A DNA stretch of 55,202 nucleotides from Moniliella sp. 'wahieum'. Taxonomy: Eukaryota. The DNA lies in NCBI GenBank assembly GCA_003971905.1, contig RSEE01000026.1, forward strand, positions 682,001 through 737,202. Direction: 5' to 3'. The translations under genes were made by a program, and so were the position numbers. Below are positions 25,001 to 38,588 of the stretch, piece by piece; positions within the stretch are counted from its first letter, which is position 1, and each line of letters opens with the position of its first letter. The notes beneath the pieces are model-generated. The model saw only the letters and a list, made by a program, of their open reading frames with translations, was not told where the DNA came from and searched no databases.

Positions 25001-26264
25001 GTAGCGTTTCCCTGTCCCGGCCCTAAAAGCTGTATCAATGACATGGATGCAGAGTACGTATGACTACAATATAGGGATGCACAATTAGTACTCAGTGCTC
25101 ATTTACTAGTTACTAGTTACTCCCACCACCTTCATTTTGGTAAGAAGGGAGGGGAGGAGCAGAGCAAAAAAGGGGTTTTTTTTGCTTCCACCATTTTACC
25201 TCGGCTCGGATCCAATTAAGATCAAGCTCTGGATGTTCACAACGTTCACACGTTCACAGCCAAATGAGACGGTCTGAAACATGTTCATGATTCGCGCGCT
25301 GCTATACGATTCCTGATGTGGCTTCACGATGCTTTTTGTAGGGCAAAAAGCTCTCGGAATACGTGTGGGCGTTTTATAGGTGCGCACATGTAACCCTACC
25401 CCCACGGGATCCAGCACTAGGGCAGCCGGCAGGGTACAGTGGGAGAAAAGCTTCTGAACACAGCCCCCCCCCCTGCTGTAACCCTGCCGCACTAACCCGG
25501 TCTGTGGGCGGGGCGCAACTGGTTGCGCTCCTGTTTTCGCTCTTCCTACTCTTTTCTCGCTTGCAAGCCGTCAGCTGGACCATTGCACACGGGATTATAC
25601 CCCGCTCATGGATCACTGTCGCTCCCTGGACCGCATTCTCCGAACTCTGATTGTAGCCCGCGCGGCACAATTCCATCCCACAGTCGCTAATAGCCTTCCT
25701 GAGGCCCGATGCTCGTCGAATCATTGTCATGTCACCCACAGGTGCCTTTTTGCCTGATGCGAAGATGTGAAAGCTACTACTAGGCCCTAGAATTGCCGCG
25801 CGCAGGCTAGCAGGCCACGTGTTCACCCCTGTCCCACTGCTTGTTCTGTAGTCTTCGCCACCACCTCTCCTCCCCTCTTTCCCTTCTTCTCGCTCCCCTC
25901 TTCGTTACTTGATTATTACTTGCTGGTCGTCTTTGTTTTTGAGACTAGTATTAGGCGAGGAGGGAGCGACCGTACCAATATGCTTTGGTGGGGTTTTGCG
26001 CTTCTGCGGATAGGTGTTGCACTATTCCCTTGGCGCAGCTGGGATGTGTTGCTGTTAATGGCCTCCAGGCTCGAGCTCACACAAAAGAGCATGATATGAG
26101 CGGGAGAGCGAGGAAGGGAGCGATTGATGACCTGCGAGTCGGAACGGAATTGAGACGACGACCTCTGATGATAGTATAAATGCAAGCTCAACTCACAATG
26201 ACTGTGATGTACCACCACGACTACTACAAGAACAACAAGAACAACGGCGTCGAGCACTAACACC

Positions 26265-28857
26265 ATGACAGCGCCCCACTACAAGCAAAACAAAAGGTTA
26301 GACACCATGTCAAATTCTCGCTCGAGCGGGCTCAACGAAGCGGATGAGGAACGGAACTGCCCAACACTTTCCAAAGACTCGGGCCTTCGATCCATGCCGG
26401 ATGCCATCGACGGTCTTCAGCCTCTCACAATTGATAGCATAACATCAATAAACCACGCGACGTACAAGAAGACTACCCCGTTTTCGTTCACAAACACAGT
26501 TGAGGACGACAACGAGAATGGGATCGAAACAGAGTCGCTCTTGGAAAACGCGCTCTATCACAACGACCCGCTGCTGAGTCAACATGATGAACCCTCTGGG
26601 ACACGACCCGCAACGAACGAAAACCGGGTATCAGACCAATGGGGTGAAGGCGCCAACAATGGAGATGAATACGACACAGACGAGGAGAAGGTTCTGGACT
26701 TGGTTGATGCGCGTGTGCGTGCCGTCGTGCCGAACGAAGACGACCCAGATATGCCATGCAACACGATCCGCACCTGGCTGCTTTCCATGCTGCTGGCCCT
26801 CGGCCTCACCACCGCCGTCGTTGCTATGGAGATCCGAGGAGACTCAGCCAATCCACAGCTCTTTGTGTCTACAAGTGCAGTGATGGTACAGCCATTCACC
26901 TACTGTTTGGGTTTTGCGCTATCGAAAATACCGTACCCATCCCACTGGCCCCTGGCTTGGTTCATCAACCCGGGCCCTTTTAACCTCAAGGAACATACGT
27001 GCGTCCCAACTTGCGAGACGTTGGTGTTACAGGGAAGAAGACCTCTGGCTGACACGTGTGATTGTTTCGCGCAGGATCTGCACCATCGTGGCCACGGTTG
27101 CCATGGGACCCAACCTAACCTTGCAATACTTGGCCGGAATGTCTCAATTGACGGAGGGTGGCACAAAACAAGAGAACACATTCCCACCCGGCTTCCTCTT
27201 TCTCATCTATCTCTCGACCCCATTCTTTGGATTTGCCTTGGCTGGTCTTGCCACACGTCTTCTCATTTGGCCTGGTGAGCTCCTGTACCCTCAGCAGCTT
27301 CAGACCAGTGCAATGTTGACGGCGTTACACGGGGTTCGCCGTGGCAACTGGAACCGTCGCCGTGTCTTCTGGATTGTGGCGACAGTCATGTTCGTCTGGC
27401 ACTGGATCCCACAATTCTTCTACCCACCTCTGGGAAAGTTCCAGTGGCCAACGTGGATTGCTCCGTCCAACTTTGTGGTCAATCTATTGTTTGATGCAAA
27501 GGGTGGCATGGGATGGTCTTTTTGGTCCCTAGACTGGAGTGCAGTGATCCCAGCGTTGAGTTCACCCTTGATCGTACCGTGGGGCGCGCTGGTCAACGTA
27601 TTTTGTGGCTTCGCCGTTGCTATATGGGTGACTTCCCTGCCGATCTTTTTCACCAACCGGAACCAAGCCGCGTGCATTCCCTATGCCCTTCTCAATGTGA
27701 TTTGGTACCCACATCTGGATGACACCGACATGCATGTCAACCCCTTGCCACAAGACATGTATCTAGATCTCCCCCAATTTGATTCGTCCCATCCACCCCA
27801 GGGATACTTTGCTGCCACAAACGTCATGACCTGGGCGTTTTCCTATGCTGCTTGCACCGCCTTACTCGTTCACACCCCGATTTTCCATGGCGGCGACCTA
27901 CGCCGCTGGTAGAAAGTGTCCAACGTGGCTGATTCGCCTGACCCCCACGCCCGCCAACTTGCCCGCTACCCGGCTGTTCCCACCTGGTGGTACCTGTGCT
28001 TGCTTCTGGTTGCCTTTGTCTTTGCCATCCCCATGGTACACCTGTCCCACACCTCGGTACCGGTTTGGGCGATTGTGCTGGCCCTCGCGCTGGCTGCAAT
28101 CTTCATTGTTCCAGTGGGCATTGTGGTGGGCCGGACGTCGGTGGAGCTGAAGTGTGGAGCACTTGGCGACGTTGATGTTAGTGCTTCCCTGCCTGGGCAC
28201 ACGACCATTCTTCCACTCTTTCAGATGTTCTGCCCGGGGACCATCCAACAAGCAATGCTCTACTGTGGCTGCTCCAAACTGGCGGTCTACTTTAAGATCC
28301 CACCACGGCTTACTTTCTATGTAATTGTGGGCACCCAGTTGATATGCTCGATGTTGCAGTGTGGACTCTGGCTGGCGTGGAGTTTAGGCTATGCACCGTC
28401 TATGTACGTCAACGACCAGGCGACGCTACGGGTTGAAGGTTTATACGATCCCATATATTGGTCTTACCTCGGGATTCACAAGAACGGCTTTTTGCACCAA
28501 TACCAATGGACTCTGTACTTTCTCCTATTGGTGCGGTGTTGCCGCTGCTGTTGTACCTTGCCGCACGCGTTTTGCCCCGTTGGTTTAATCGCTCTGCTCA
28601 TCTGCGCTCGTTCCATTGGCCGCTCTTTTTTGGAGGTATATCGCAATTCGCATTCTGTTCAGCGGTCTGCTGGACCTCGTGGTTTTTCTGGGGAGCAGTC
28701 TCCCACCTACTCTCTCCCGTCGCCGGCAGTTGAATTATTGGATTGCGTATGTGTACCGCTCCATATATCAATTCTTTTCGGGATGAATGAAGCCGTCTCT
28801 CCTTCTCTCTCTACTACTAACTCAATCTCTGGACTGGTTTTTGTGATTACAGGATGA
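26265..28857 (+). pseudogene. OPT-family oligopeptide transporter (Isp4-like), divergent, with in-frame stop
   Basis: VRAVVPNEDDPDMPCNTIRTW, FINPGPFNLKEH, intron about 26999-27074 (GTGCGT..CTGAC..CAG), WHWIPQFF, SLDWS..SSPLIVPW, DPHARQLARYPAVPTWWY, KLAVYFKIPPR. In-frame TAG at 27910-27912; C-terminus unresolved. Confidence 0.7.
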
Positions 28858-30760
28858 ATTACATCTCTCTGCTGCCGCTACTGTAGGCATTTCCTTTTGT
28901 TTAGCAATCATTTCGGCCATTGATTATCCTACTGAAGCCTCCCACTCCCGCTTCAGCCTCTTCCTTCATCACCTGAGCACACTTGGGCCTCTAAACGACT
29001 ACGGCGATACCAGCAAAAAAGTTTTGGTCTGGGACGACACGCTTTTTCCTAACAGGAACGCGTCTTCCACCGCGACGTAGTTGTCCCCTTGCCAATCCAG
29101 CCGGAGACCGTCGGCAGATCTCAGCGCCAATTACGGAATCCCTTTTCCCCTGCCTTTTTTTTTCAATCTGCCCATCCAATCGCGATGGCATCAGAGTTGT
29201 ACTCCCATCTCTCTCTATGCGTTCTTCTCGTTTTGTTGGGCATCTAGGGTCAGTTATTGCATGTACCCAACCCCCCTGCCTCTGCGTTGCACCGTTTTCG
29301 TTTTTAGGAGGCACAATCGGGGCTCGAACCAAACAGGAACGAGACCCCTCGCCGGTAGTCCCTTGCTATTCGTCGGGCAACGCCAGGTACTGGCTGTCAT
29401 GGGGGGGGGCGAGGGTATAAACCCTTGGACAGGTCAATCGGTGTCTCGTACGTTAGGTCCTGCCCCAGATCCTGTGGTTGAACCGAGCGGGTGTAGAGGC
29501 GGGGGAGAGACCCTCTAGTTTGGGTGGCTGCCTACGTGCAAAGGCCGCATTCCATATCGTTCGAGGTAGGAGCCGCGTATGTAGGTCGTTAGACGAGCTG
29601 AAGGGGTCCAGGAGCTCCGAAGTTACTCTGTTCCTCGCAGCGTTACCACACTCGGTACGCTGTAGCTGGCGGGAGCAGACAGAGTCCTAAAGAAGAGCAA
29701 GCGCTACTGACGAAAGTAACCGCGGCTTGCAGTGCACTCGAAGTAAGTCGTAAATTCGTAAGTGTAACGGTGGTAGAAGGTGGAAGGGCGAGAGATGAAC
29801 TGGTAGTCGGGAGCAAAGGTAGGAGACAGGATGGTCGACAAGGACCACTTTAGACATGGCTGCTTATATACAGAAGAAGGAACCACAGGCCTCAAGTGCC
29901 AAATGACAGGTATAGACAGAATGCGGAGCACTTCCCAGAGAGGTAAAGATTAAAGCACAGCCCTTGCTCTTCAAGGTGATGACGCTGCGTAGTCGGGCGC
30001 AGCAGGAAGGGTTCTGACAAGACTGGACGCAATGGGCACAAAGCCTCGTACCGATAAGCCCACGCGACCATGGCGGGCCGCGGATGATATCCGCAGCAAG
30101 GATAAGGTGTCGACTGGCTCTCTCTCGCTCGTCTAACCGGACTGAAGCGTGTTGCGCTAAGATGTCTACGACATGCGGGGCTCAGCGTCCCGAGATAATC
30201 GGAGCGCCCCGTAACGTCCGTAACAGAGATTCTGGCCCGGACATTCGATGAGCCCTCAAGAAAGTGAGCGTAGGGTCCACCATGGGGGATCGCAAGGTCA
30301 CTTTGCCCCTTCCCTTCTCTTTCTTCCTAAGTTCGTCGGTCCATCTGCCCTTGCCAGCGCCTATGGAAGTCGGTCCACCTCACCGAACGCCCGATCGTGA
30401 TGTGCCGGACCTGATACGCTTCTGCTATTCTCCCCTCGCCGGACCGTTGGGCCCGAGTGCACTCCGATCTTCCAGCATCCTTTTCTTTCTTCCGTTTTGA
30501 GCCTTTGCCACAGGCCCACGGCGGCGCTCGAATTGCATCTCTGCCCCGTTACCCAGTGGGATCGTAGCGCTGGGTGGATATAAGATAGATGACAAGGTGC
30601 ACGAGAGTCAGACAGGGGCAAGCAAGAGAACTGCGGATGGGTACCCCAAGCGAAGCAAAGCCAGGCCAAACTAGGCCAAGGAAAGCCAAGCCGGGAGCGT
30701 ACGAGACAGTAGGGCAACAACAGGATCTTGGTCCATCCAAAAGGAGGTACAGTCCCACCC

Positions 30761-31218
30761 TTAGAGTTGCAAATTGGCTTGAGTTTGCTGCTGCGCCTGG
30801 GCGGCGCCCATGTTGTTCATCAACAACCCAATCTTTTTGTTCACCTCAAAGAACTTGGCGACGCAGCGATCTACACAGACACCTTCGCCCTTGAGTACAT
30901 CTGCTTCCAACACCGGCTGGTTGATGCACTTGGCGTAGCACGATCGCACCAATTTGTGGTAGGTGTCTGTCACCATTTCCAGCTGCGAGGATGAGGCGAT
31001 ACCAGAAGAGGCCAAGGTGGGGGCTGGGTTAGCTTCCCTATCTTCGTAGCACTTGCGCCACCCAGCCTGTGTTACACAGGGGGGGTCGTGGGGGTGGGGG
31101 GGAGAGGGCGCACCTCCTTGCTTGCCACATCGACTGTTGCGGGGTCAAAGTCGGGTGGGAGGGGCTCCGATGCGGGTGCCGAAGGCGGGGCGGGCGCAGA
31201 CGACCCAAAGCCAAACAT
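30761..31218 (-). CDS. TIM10: Mitochondrial intermembrane-space chaperone Tim10
   Basis: Exon 1 MFGFGSS...DPATVDVASKE, intron 31113..30983 (GTGCGC..CTAAC..CAG), exon 2 LEMVTDTYHKLVRSCYAKCI...KGEGVCVDRCVAKFF with twin CX3C motif. Confidence 0.92.
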
Positions 31219-31503
31219 GGTGGTGGTGGTGAAGCGACAGCGGCGAGACGAGGCGCTCTGCTGGGCAAAGTCGAAGTCGAGCGCCCAATGTGTCGTCCGC
31301 TCGTTTGAACCTGAGAACGCCGCCCGAGAGAAGAACCTTTTAATTTTAGCCACAGAGGGCGGATGACGGCAACCCTAGCACCCCTGCTCCACGTCAGCCG
31401 GCCGCCTGCCAGGTGGGACGCTGAGCCTGAGCCTGCCTGAGCGCCTGGCGCCCGCGCTCCTCTCCGCCGCCGTCGACACCGCCGCCGCGCTCCGCCCCCC
31501 GTC

Positions 31504-34067
31504 ATGCTCGAGCTTACTCGGCGCATCGTCGCCCGCTCCGACCGCGTCAAGGCGCTCGACTTCCACCCCTCCGAGCCCTGGGTCCTAGCCGCGCTCTACA
31601 ATGGCACCGTCCAGATCACCAACTACATCACTGGCGCGCTCGTCAAGTCGTTTGACGTCGCCCCCGTGCCTGTCCGCACCGCCCGCTTCATCGCCCGCAA
31701 GCATTGGTTTATCGCCGGCGCCGACGACCACCAGCTGCGCGTGTACAACTATAACACCTCCGAGAAGGTCATCCAGTTCGAAGCCCACCCCGACTACATC
31801 CGCACCCTTGCTGTCCACCCCACCCTGCCCTTTGTCCTGACCGGCAGCGACGACATGTCCATCCGCCTCTTTGACTGGGACAAGAACTGGAAACATGTCC
31901 AGACCTTTGAGGGCCACACCCATTACATTATGCATCTCGTCTTCAACCCCAAGGACTCCAACACCTTTGCCTCTGCCTCCATCGACCGCACCGTCAAGGT
32001 ATGGACCATTGGGGCCGGCTTTGGCCCTGCGGGCATCACTGCACCCAACTACACCCTCGAGGCCCACGAGCGGGGCGTCAACTACGTTGACTACTACCCT
32101 GGCAGCGACAAGCCTTACCTGATCATTGCTCTGACGACAAGACGATCAAAGTGTGGGACTACCTCACCAAGTCGTGTGTTCAGACGCTTGAGGGCCATGC
32201 GTTCAACGTCTCGTTTGCCATCTACCACCCCAGCCTGCCTGTGCTTATTTCAGGCGCCGAGGACGGGACGGTGCGCGTATGGGACAGCACGACGTACCGC
32301 ACCGAAAGTCTGCTTGACTATGGCCTCGAGCGTTGTTGGTGCGCCGCAGCGAGCAAGGTGAGCAATGACGTTGCGTTTGGTTACGACAATGGCTTGGTAG
32401 TGGTCAAGCTTGGAAAGGAAGAGCCGGTGGTGAGCATGGACCCAGCAGGTAAGGTCGTCTACGCCAAGAACCTCGAGATTCACAGCGCCAACCTGGGCGC
32501 GCTCGCGGACGAAGCGCAGACGGATGGGCAGGCCCTGATGGTACCCACACGCGAGATGGGCAACTTGGAGTCCTATGCCCAAGCGCTTCTCCACTCTCCC
32601 AATGGCCGCTTTGTCACTGCCGTAGGCGATGGCGAGTACGTTGTCTACACTGCCTTGGCGTGGCGCAACAAGGCCTTCGGTTCCGGTTCTGCTTTTGCTT
32701 GGTCCCACGACTCGACCACCTACGCCGTCAAGACCGACGATACAAGCGTAAAGGTGTATCGTAACTTTAAGGAACGGGAAGCATTTTTGTCACTGGGCTA
32801 TGCGGTGACCACTGTGTTTGGTGGCGCTCTTCTCGCTGTGGTCGGGGAAGGGTTTGTGTGCTTTTACGATTGGGATTCGGGCGCGTTGGTCCGCCGGATC
32901 GACGTGGAAGCCAAACAGGTCGATTGGTCTCGTTCGGGCGAATTGGTGAGCATCATTGGTGAAGACTCGTTCTATATCTTGCGCTACAATCCTGCTGCTT
33001 TTGAGGCGGCTTTGGCGGAAGGCCAGCCCACTGGCGACGAAGGGGTGGAGGACAGTTTTGATGTGGTGACCGAGGTCAGCGAACCAGTTCGTTCTGCCAA
33101 GTGGACCGAAGAATGCTTGATTTACACTACCACCAACAACAAGCTCCAATACCTTGTCGGCGACCAAACATACACCATCAGTCATACTGACACGTATGTC
33201 ATTCTCTTTCTCCGGCCCTTGATCTCCCTTTGTCTTGCACTAACTTGCTTCCCCCCCTCTCTTGCAGTGAGCTTTACATTCTGGGCTACCTGCCTTCCCA
33301 CAGTCGCGTATATGCGGTGGGTAAGGACCTGTCCATCTACAGTTATGCCTTGTCGCTCGCCATGGTCCAATATCAAACCTTGATTCTCCAAGGCGAGAAG
33401 GAAGCTGCGGCAGAGATTCTGCAGGACGTCCCTGCAGATCAACTTAACCGCGTCGCCCGCTTTTTGGAAGGGCATGGCGAGACGGAGTTGGCGCTGTCGG
33501 TGGCGCAAGATCCGGACCAGCGATTCGAGCTGGCGATGAGCCTCGATCAACTCGAGGAGGCGCTGAGTATTGTCCGTGCCGAGTCGGCGGCCGGGAGCGA
33601 GCCGCATTGGCGCGCCTTGGGCGACAAGGCACTGGCACGATGGGACCTGAAGTTGGCCCAAGAGTGCTTCACCAAGGCCGGGGACGTATCGGCGCTGTTG
33701 TTGCTCGGCGTGTCGATGGGCGACCGGGCCATCCTGACCTCCGTCGTCGAGCTGGCCAGGAGAAGGAACTGACCAACGTTGCATTCTCTGCACTGCTGCA
33801 ACTGGGTGAGGTAGACGGCTGCATTGAGCTACTGCAACAAGCCGGGCGTACCGCAGAGGCCGCACTGTTTGCCCGGACGTATGCACCCTCCCGCGTGCCC
33901 AGTCTCGTGGACGCGTGGAGGGCAGAGCTGGCCAGTACTAAGCGCGCCAAGCAGACCGTCTTGGCCCAAGGCCTGGCCAACCCGGCCGAAGACCCAGACC
34001 TGTTCCCCGAGGGCTGGCAGCAGCCTTGGCTCTGGCGCAATCACCCCCTTTGGCCAACGGGCATTAA
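31504..34067 (+). CDS. SEC27: Coatomer subunit beta'
   Basis: RSDRVKALDFHPSEPW, FEAHPDYIR, FEGHTHYIM..FNPKDSNTFASAS, HSPNGRFVTAVGDGEY..YTALAWRNKAFG, FYDWDSG.LVRRID, AALFARTYAPS. Intron about 33194-33267. Stop inferred at TAA 34065-34067 after a 1-nt shift. Confidence 0.95.
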
Positions 34068-35259
34068 GTCGGTGCGCCTTAGATCTCAGCCAGTGCTCCT
34101 TCCTTTTATGCTGCGAACCTGCGTCGTCTGTCATGTTGTCGCATGTCCCCCCAAAAATCCATCCCGCTCTTATACCTTGGTCTTGTTTTAGGGGCAACTC
34201 ACCCAGTGTACATTAACAGCGCTATGTAGCATCAATCTAGGAAAAGGTGGACGGGCAACCATGAATTGTGGGAATACCATTGGACCACCAACGAGAAAAC
34301 TGTTTCGGAGTTGGGCAAAGCACATTCGAGGAAAGGAGACGTACCTAGTGGGGTCGCAAGTTGAGAGCGCGAGGCCCGGCGGAGGAAGAATGGGTAGGGA
34401 GCATGCTGTACAGCCAGAAATAAAGAGTCAGTTACTGGGTAATCCATCGACGCCCCGTTCAAGGCAGGAAATAGGGGGAAAGATCAGGAAGACTAATCAA
34501 AAGAGGATCATAGCCCATGGCTCAAACGAAAGATGGTGTAAAGATACTCATCAGGCAACAAGGCACAGGGAGGAGCAATGTACTCACAGTGTGGTCGTTC
34601 CATGCGACAAACCAAGGACCGGTAGGGAGATCCCACTGGGAATGATTAATGAGGGGTCATGCGCAGGGGAACTGGCCTGATAGGACAGGGCTGGTCAGCA
34701 ACACAGTGCAACCGAGCGAATGGGACACGGAGAAGGATCAGGCAAATGCGAAAGTGTTGGATCCATATTGCCGTGCAAAGGGCGGTCATGTAATCGAACC
34801 AAAAAGGCATCATGTCCCAGCAAAGACGCTCAGCGACGTACCCTATGCTAGAAGAGGACCCGGACATGGGCCCCGAGGGGGCGGGGGAAGTGGTGGTGGT
34901 GGTGGGGAGCAAGAAGACCAGGGTGGGTGGGTGTGAGCAAGTCAGAATGCAAAATCTGCGCGCCGCTTACCTCAGCGCCGGCTTGCTTCCCCCCCATGTG
35001 GAGGCCAAAGGCGGTCCGCCAAAGATGAACATTTCCCCCTGGGGCCTGCCAGAATGCTTACGTACCCATGCTCGACCCGTCCAGCTGCTGCGTGCCAACC
35101 ACCATCAACCGTCTGTGTGGCCTAGGCGCGCACCTCCGCTTCCGGCGCCGTCGCTACCGCCACCACCGCCCTCACACCCGTTGCTCCTTCGGCCTCTGTC
35201 TCTCCTCGCGACAAGGCCCGCCCACCCCGCCTTCCGCCTGTTCATCCCCCCTCAGCGCC

Positions 35260-37538
35260 ATGTCGCAACTCGGGCGTGCGCCCCGGATTAAGAACCGCGC
35301 GCCCGCGCCGGTCCAGATCACCGCCGAGCAGCTCCTGCGCGAGGCACAAGAACGCCAAGAGGCGCCCTTCCAAGGCGCCAAGCACCGCATTCAGAGTTTG
35401 GAGGAGCTGGACGAATACCGTGGCCGCAAACGCGGCGAATTCGAATCCCGCATTCGCGCCGCCCGCTCCAATATCAGCGCTTGGATCAAGTACGCTGTCT
35501 GGGAAGCGTCCCAGGGCGAGCTTCCACGTGCACGCTCCGTGTTTGAGCGGGCGCTGGACGTGGATCCTTATTCTGTCCCGCTTTGGATGCGCTACGTCGA
35601 CACGGAGCTCAAGAACCGGAACATTAACCATGCTCGCAACATTCTCGATCGCGCCGTCAACTTGCTGCCTCGCATGAATCAAATGTGGTACAAGTACGCC
35701 CATCTTGAGGAACTGCTTGGAAACGTGGCTGGCACGCGCACTATTTTTGAGCGCTGGATGGAATGGCAACCCGACGAAAAGGCCTGGGCGGCGTACATCG
35801 CGTTTGAAGTGCGCCATGGTGAGAAGGAAAACGGTTCTGCCATTTGGGAAAGAGCCATCGTCGTCCATTCGGCTCCGCGTGAGTGGATCAAGTGGGCTCA
35901 GTACGAGGAGATGGAGCGCGAGGACATGGAGAGGGCGCGCAACGTCTTTATGACCGCACTCGAATACTTTGGGGAAAGCGAGGCGCAGCTCGAGAAGGCT
36001 CAAACGGTCTACACAGCCTTTGCCAAGCTCGAGGTCCGCGCTCGCGAGTACGATCGCGCCCGAGCCATTTACAAGTACATCCTTGAGCGCCTGTCTCGCG
36101 CCAAGAGCCAGGCGTCTATGCTTCCTACAGCCGTTTTGAAAAGCAGTTTGGTAATCGCCAAGACGTGGAAGACACCGTATTGGGAAAGAGGAGAATCCAG
36201 TACGAAGAGCAGCTGGCCCAACCGGGGGTGGCGCAGACTACGATACTTGGTTTGATTATATTAAGCTTGAGGAGGAGAGTTTACGCGCCCATTTGGATGG
36301 GGGATGGGACCCAGCCGGCTCCGAGGCGACGTATGCTCGAAACAAGATCCGTGACCTGTACGAGCGCGCCATCGCCCATGTTCCGCCCACCTTAGTGAAG
36401 CGGCATTGGCGAAGGTACATCTTCCTTTGGTTGAATTACGCCTTGTTTGAGGAGGTTGACGCTCATGACCCAACACGGGCGCGCGAGGTGTACACGAAGG
36501 CCATCGCACTAGTGCCCCATCGGGAATTCACTTTTGCCAAGCTGTGGCTCCAGTTTGCGCACTTTGAAGTCCGTCAGCTTGACTTGGCCTCGGCGCGCAA
36601 GGTGGGAACGGCAATTGGCTTGTGCCCCAAGGACCGTCTCTTTAGGGGCTACATTGATCTTGAGCTTTCTCTTAAAGAGTTTGACCGGGCGCGCACCATT
36701 TATTCAAAGTCTCTCGAATGGGACGCCAGCAACCCCCAGACCTGGGTCCGGTTTGCCGAGCTGGAACAAAATCTTTGGGAAGACGAACGGGCGCGGCAAA
36801 TCTACGAACTGGCCATCAGCCAACTTCTCTCGACATGCCCGAGGTCGTATGGAAGTCGTTCATTGACTTTGAGTTCGACTTGGGCGAGTACGACAGAGCA
36901 AATGCCCTCTATGAGGCTTTGCTCGATCGCACGGGTCATGTCAAGGGTGTGGATTGCTTATGCTCACTCCCAGATTGGTGCGGCACTGGCACAAGATGCG
37001 GCAGAGAACGAAGCCGAGGAGGATGAAGCCGGCGAGAAAGAGCCGGAGGCCCCTGTTGCAGATGAGGCCAAGGCAGAGATGCAGGCCCAACGACGCACCG
37101 AGGCCGTCGAACGTTCCCGCGCTCTCTTTGAACGCGGGTACAATGACCTTAAAGCGCGCGACGCGAAGGATGACCGGGTGGTACTGCTCAACGCATGGAA
37201 GGCGTTTGAGGACGAGTATGGCTCGCCCGACCAGGCCAGTGAGGTCGAGGCCAAGATGCCCAAGGTGGTCAAAAAGCGCAGGGAACTGCCCAGCGGCGAG
37301 CTGGAAGAGTACTACGACATGCTCTTCCCCGACGACGAGACGAGACGAGCAAACCATCGTTCAACCTGCTCAAGCTGGCCCACGCATGGAAAGCGCAGCA
37401 GGAGGCTGCGGCGGCGGCGGCATCGGCTGGATCACCTCCAGGCTTTCCGGGAGGCTCGGACACTCAGGATCAGGACCAACACGGAGACGAGGGCGGTCAT
37501 CTGGCTTGCCAGACCAAGACTCGGATCTCGAAGACTAG
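35260..37538 (+). CDS. CLF1: Pre-mRNA splicing factor Clf1 (crooked neck, NTC; HAT repeats)
   Basis: [101 protein letters not shown]. Several indels; 3' end approximate. Confidence 0.93.
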
Positions 37539-38588
37539 CTCTGCCAGTGTTGCCTGGTCCCTTTGCTTCCTCCTTGGCCAATACACTCGTGTGTATTTGT
37601 ATACGAATTTTGGTGGGAAGTGGGCGCAGGATGGGGACAGCAGGGCCACCGAATGCGCTATGGGGAGGTGCCTTAGGAGCCAGGAGACGAAACATGTGTT
37701 GCGCTATATCCACCTGAATGAGAAGGACGTAATGTTGCGCGAACGGATGGACTTTGCACCTGAGGAGACGAGATGCGAACGAACGCATGGTCGTTGCAAG
37801 GGACCTATTACGAGCTACTACTTAGGAACAAATGAAACAGGTAGTAGGAGTGGAGGGGCCGTTTATGCTAGCTATAGAGGACCTCTGCGGCCAACACCTT
37901 TGGTTGCTTAATTAGGCGAACTCGAGCAGTCAACAAAGGCAGGTGAGCGAGTTTGGGGAACGAAGCGGAAGACATGTCCTTGGGCTCGAGGTTTGCAGTT
38001 CAGTGCCATAGAACCGACGATGGAGAGCATTGAAAGTACGAACATTACTTTCGAGTCGAACGCACCAATGGTTCAGCCGCGTGGTCAACATGTACAGCCA
38101 CTGTGAGAAATACGGCCATGTGGAGGAGAGCGGCGGTACTACTAAGAGGGTCCGCGTGGTGGTGCGGAGCATGCTGACGCGCTGACGCCTGATCGGTGGT
38201 GATTAGGCCAACGTGAGAAAGCCGGCGAGTAACATAATAAACACATGTGCGGATGGTGGTCGCGACAACTGGCCAAGCGCCTTTTCTAACACACCCGGCC
38301 TGGTCCAACAGGAGTTTTGTCGCCATTGGACAAGAAACCAACGGAGCGCGGCTGGGCGTCCACTACAACAGTCGATTGCATAGATACAAGTGGGGACATT
38401 TGACCAACACCGGTATCCCCTGAAATATGTTTCCAATGGACCGATACCACACTATAAACACAGATGTGCGCAACCTTCCATCGACAGTCTGGCCATTCTG
38501 ATGATGCAAGTGATAATGCACATACAATGCACCGCGCTTAACCCCTTCATTGAGCTGCTTGACACCCCGCTTCAAGACGGTCTCGCAC

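Noticed and set aside
34230..34950. Possible small gene between SEC27 and CLF1
   Set aside because: Only short ORFs with no recognisable motifs or convincing splice structure.
35068..35259. N-terminal extension of CLF1 given by the ORF track
   Set aside because: Clf1 homology starts at [15 protein letters not shown] (ATG 35260); the upstream part looks like pyrimidine-rich 5' UTR.
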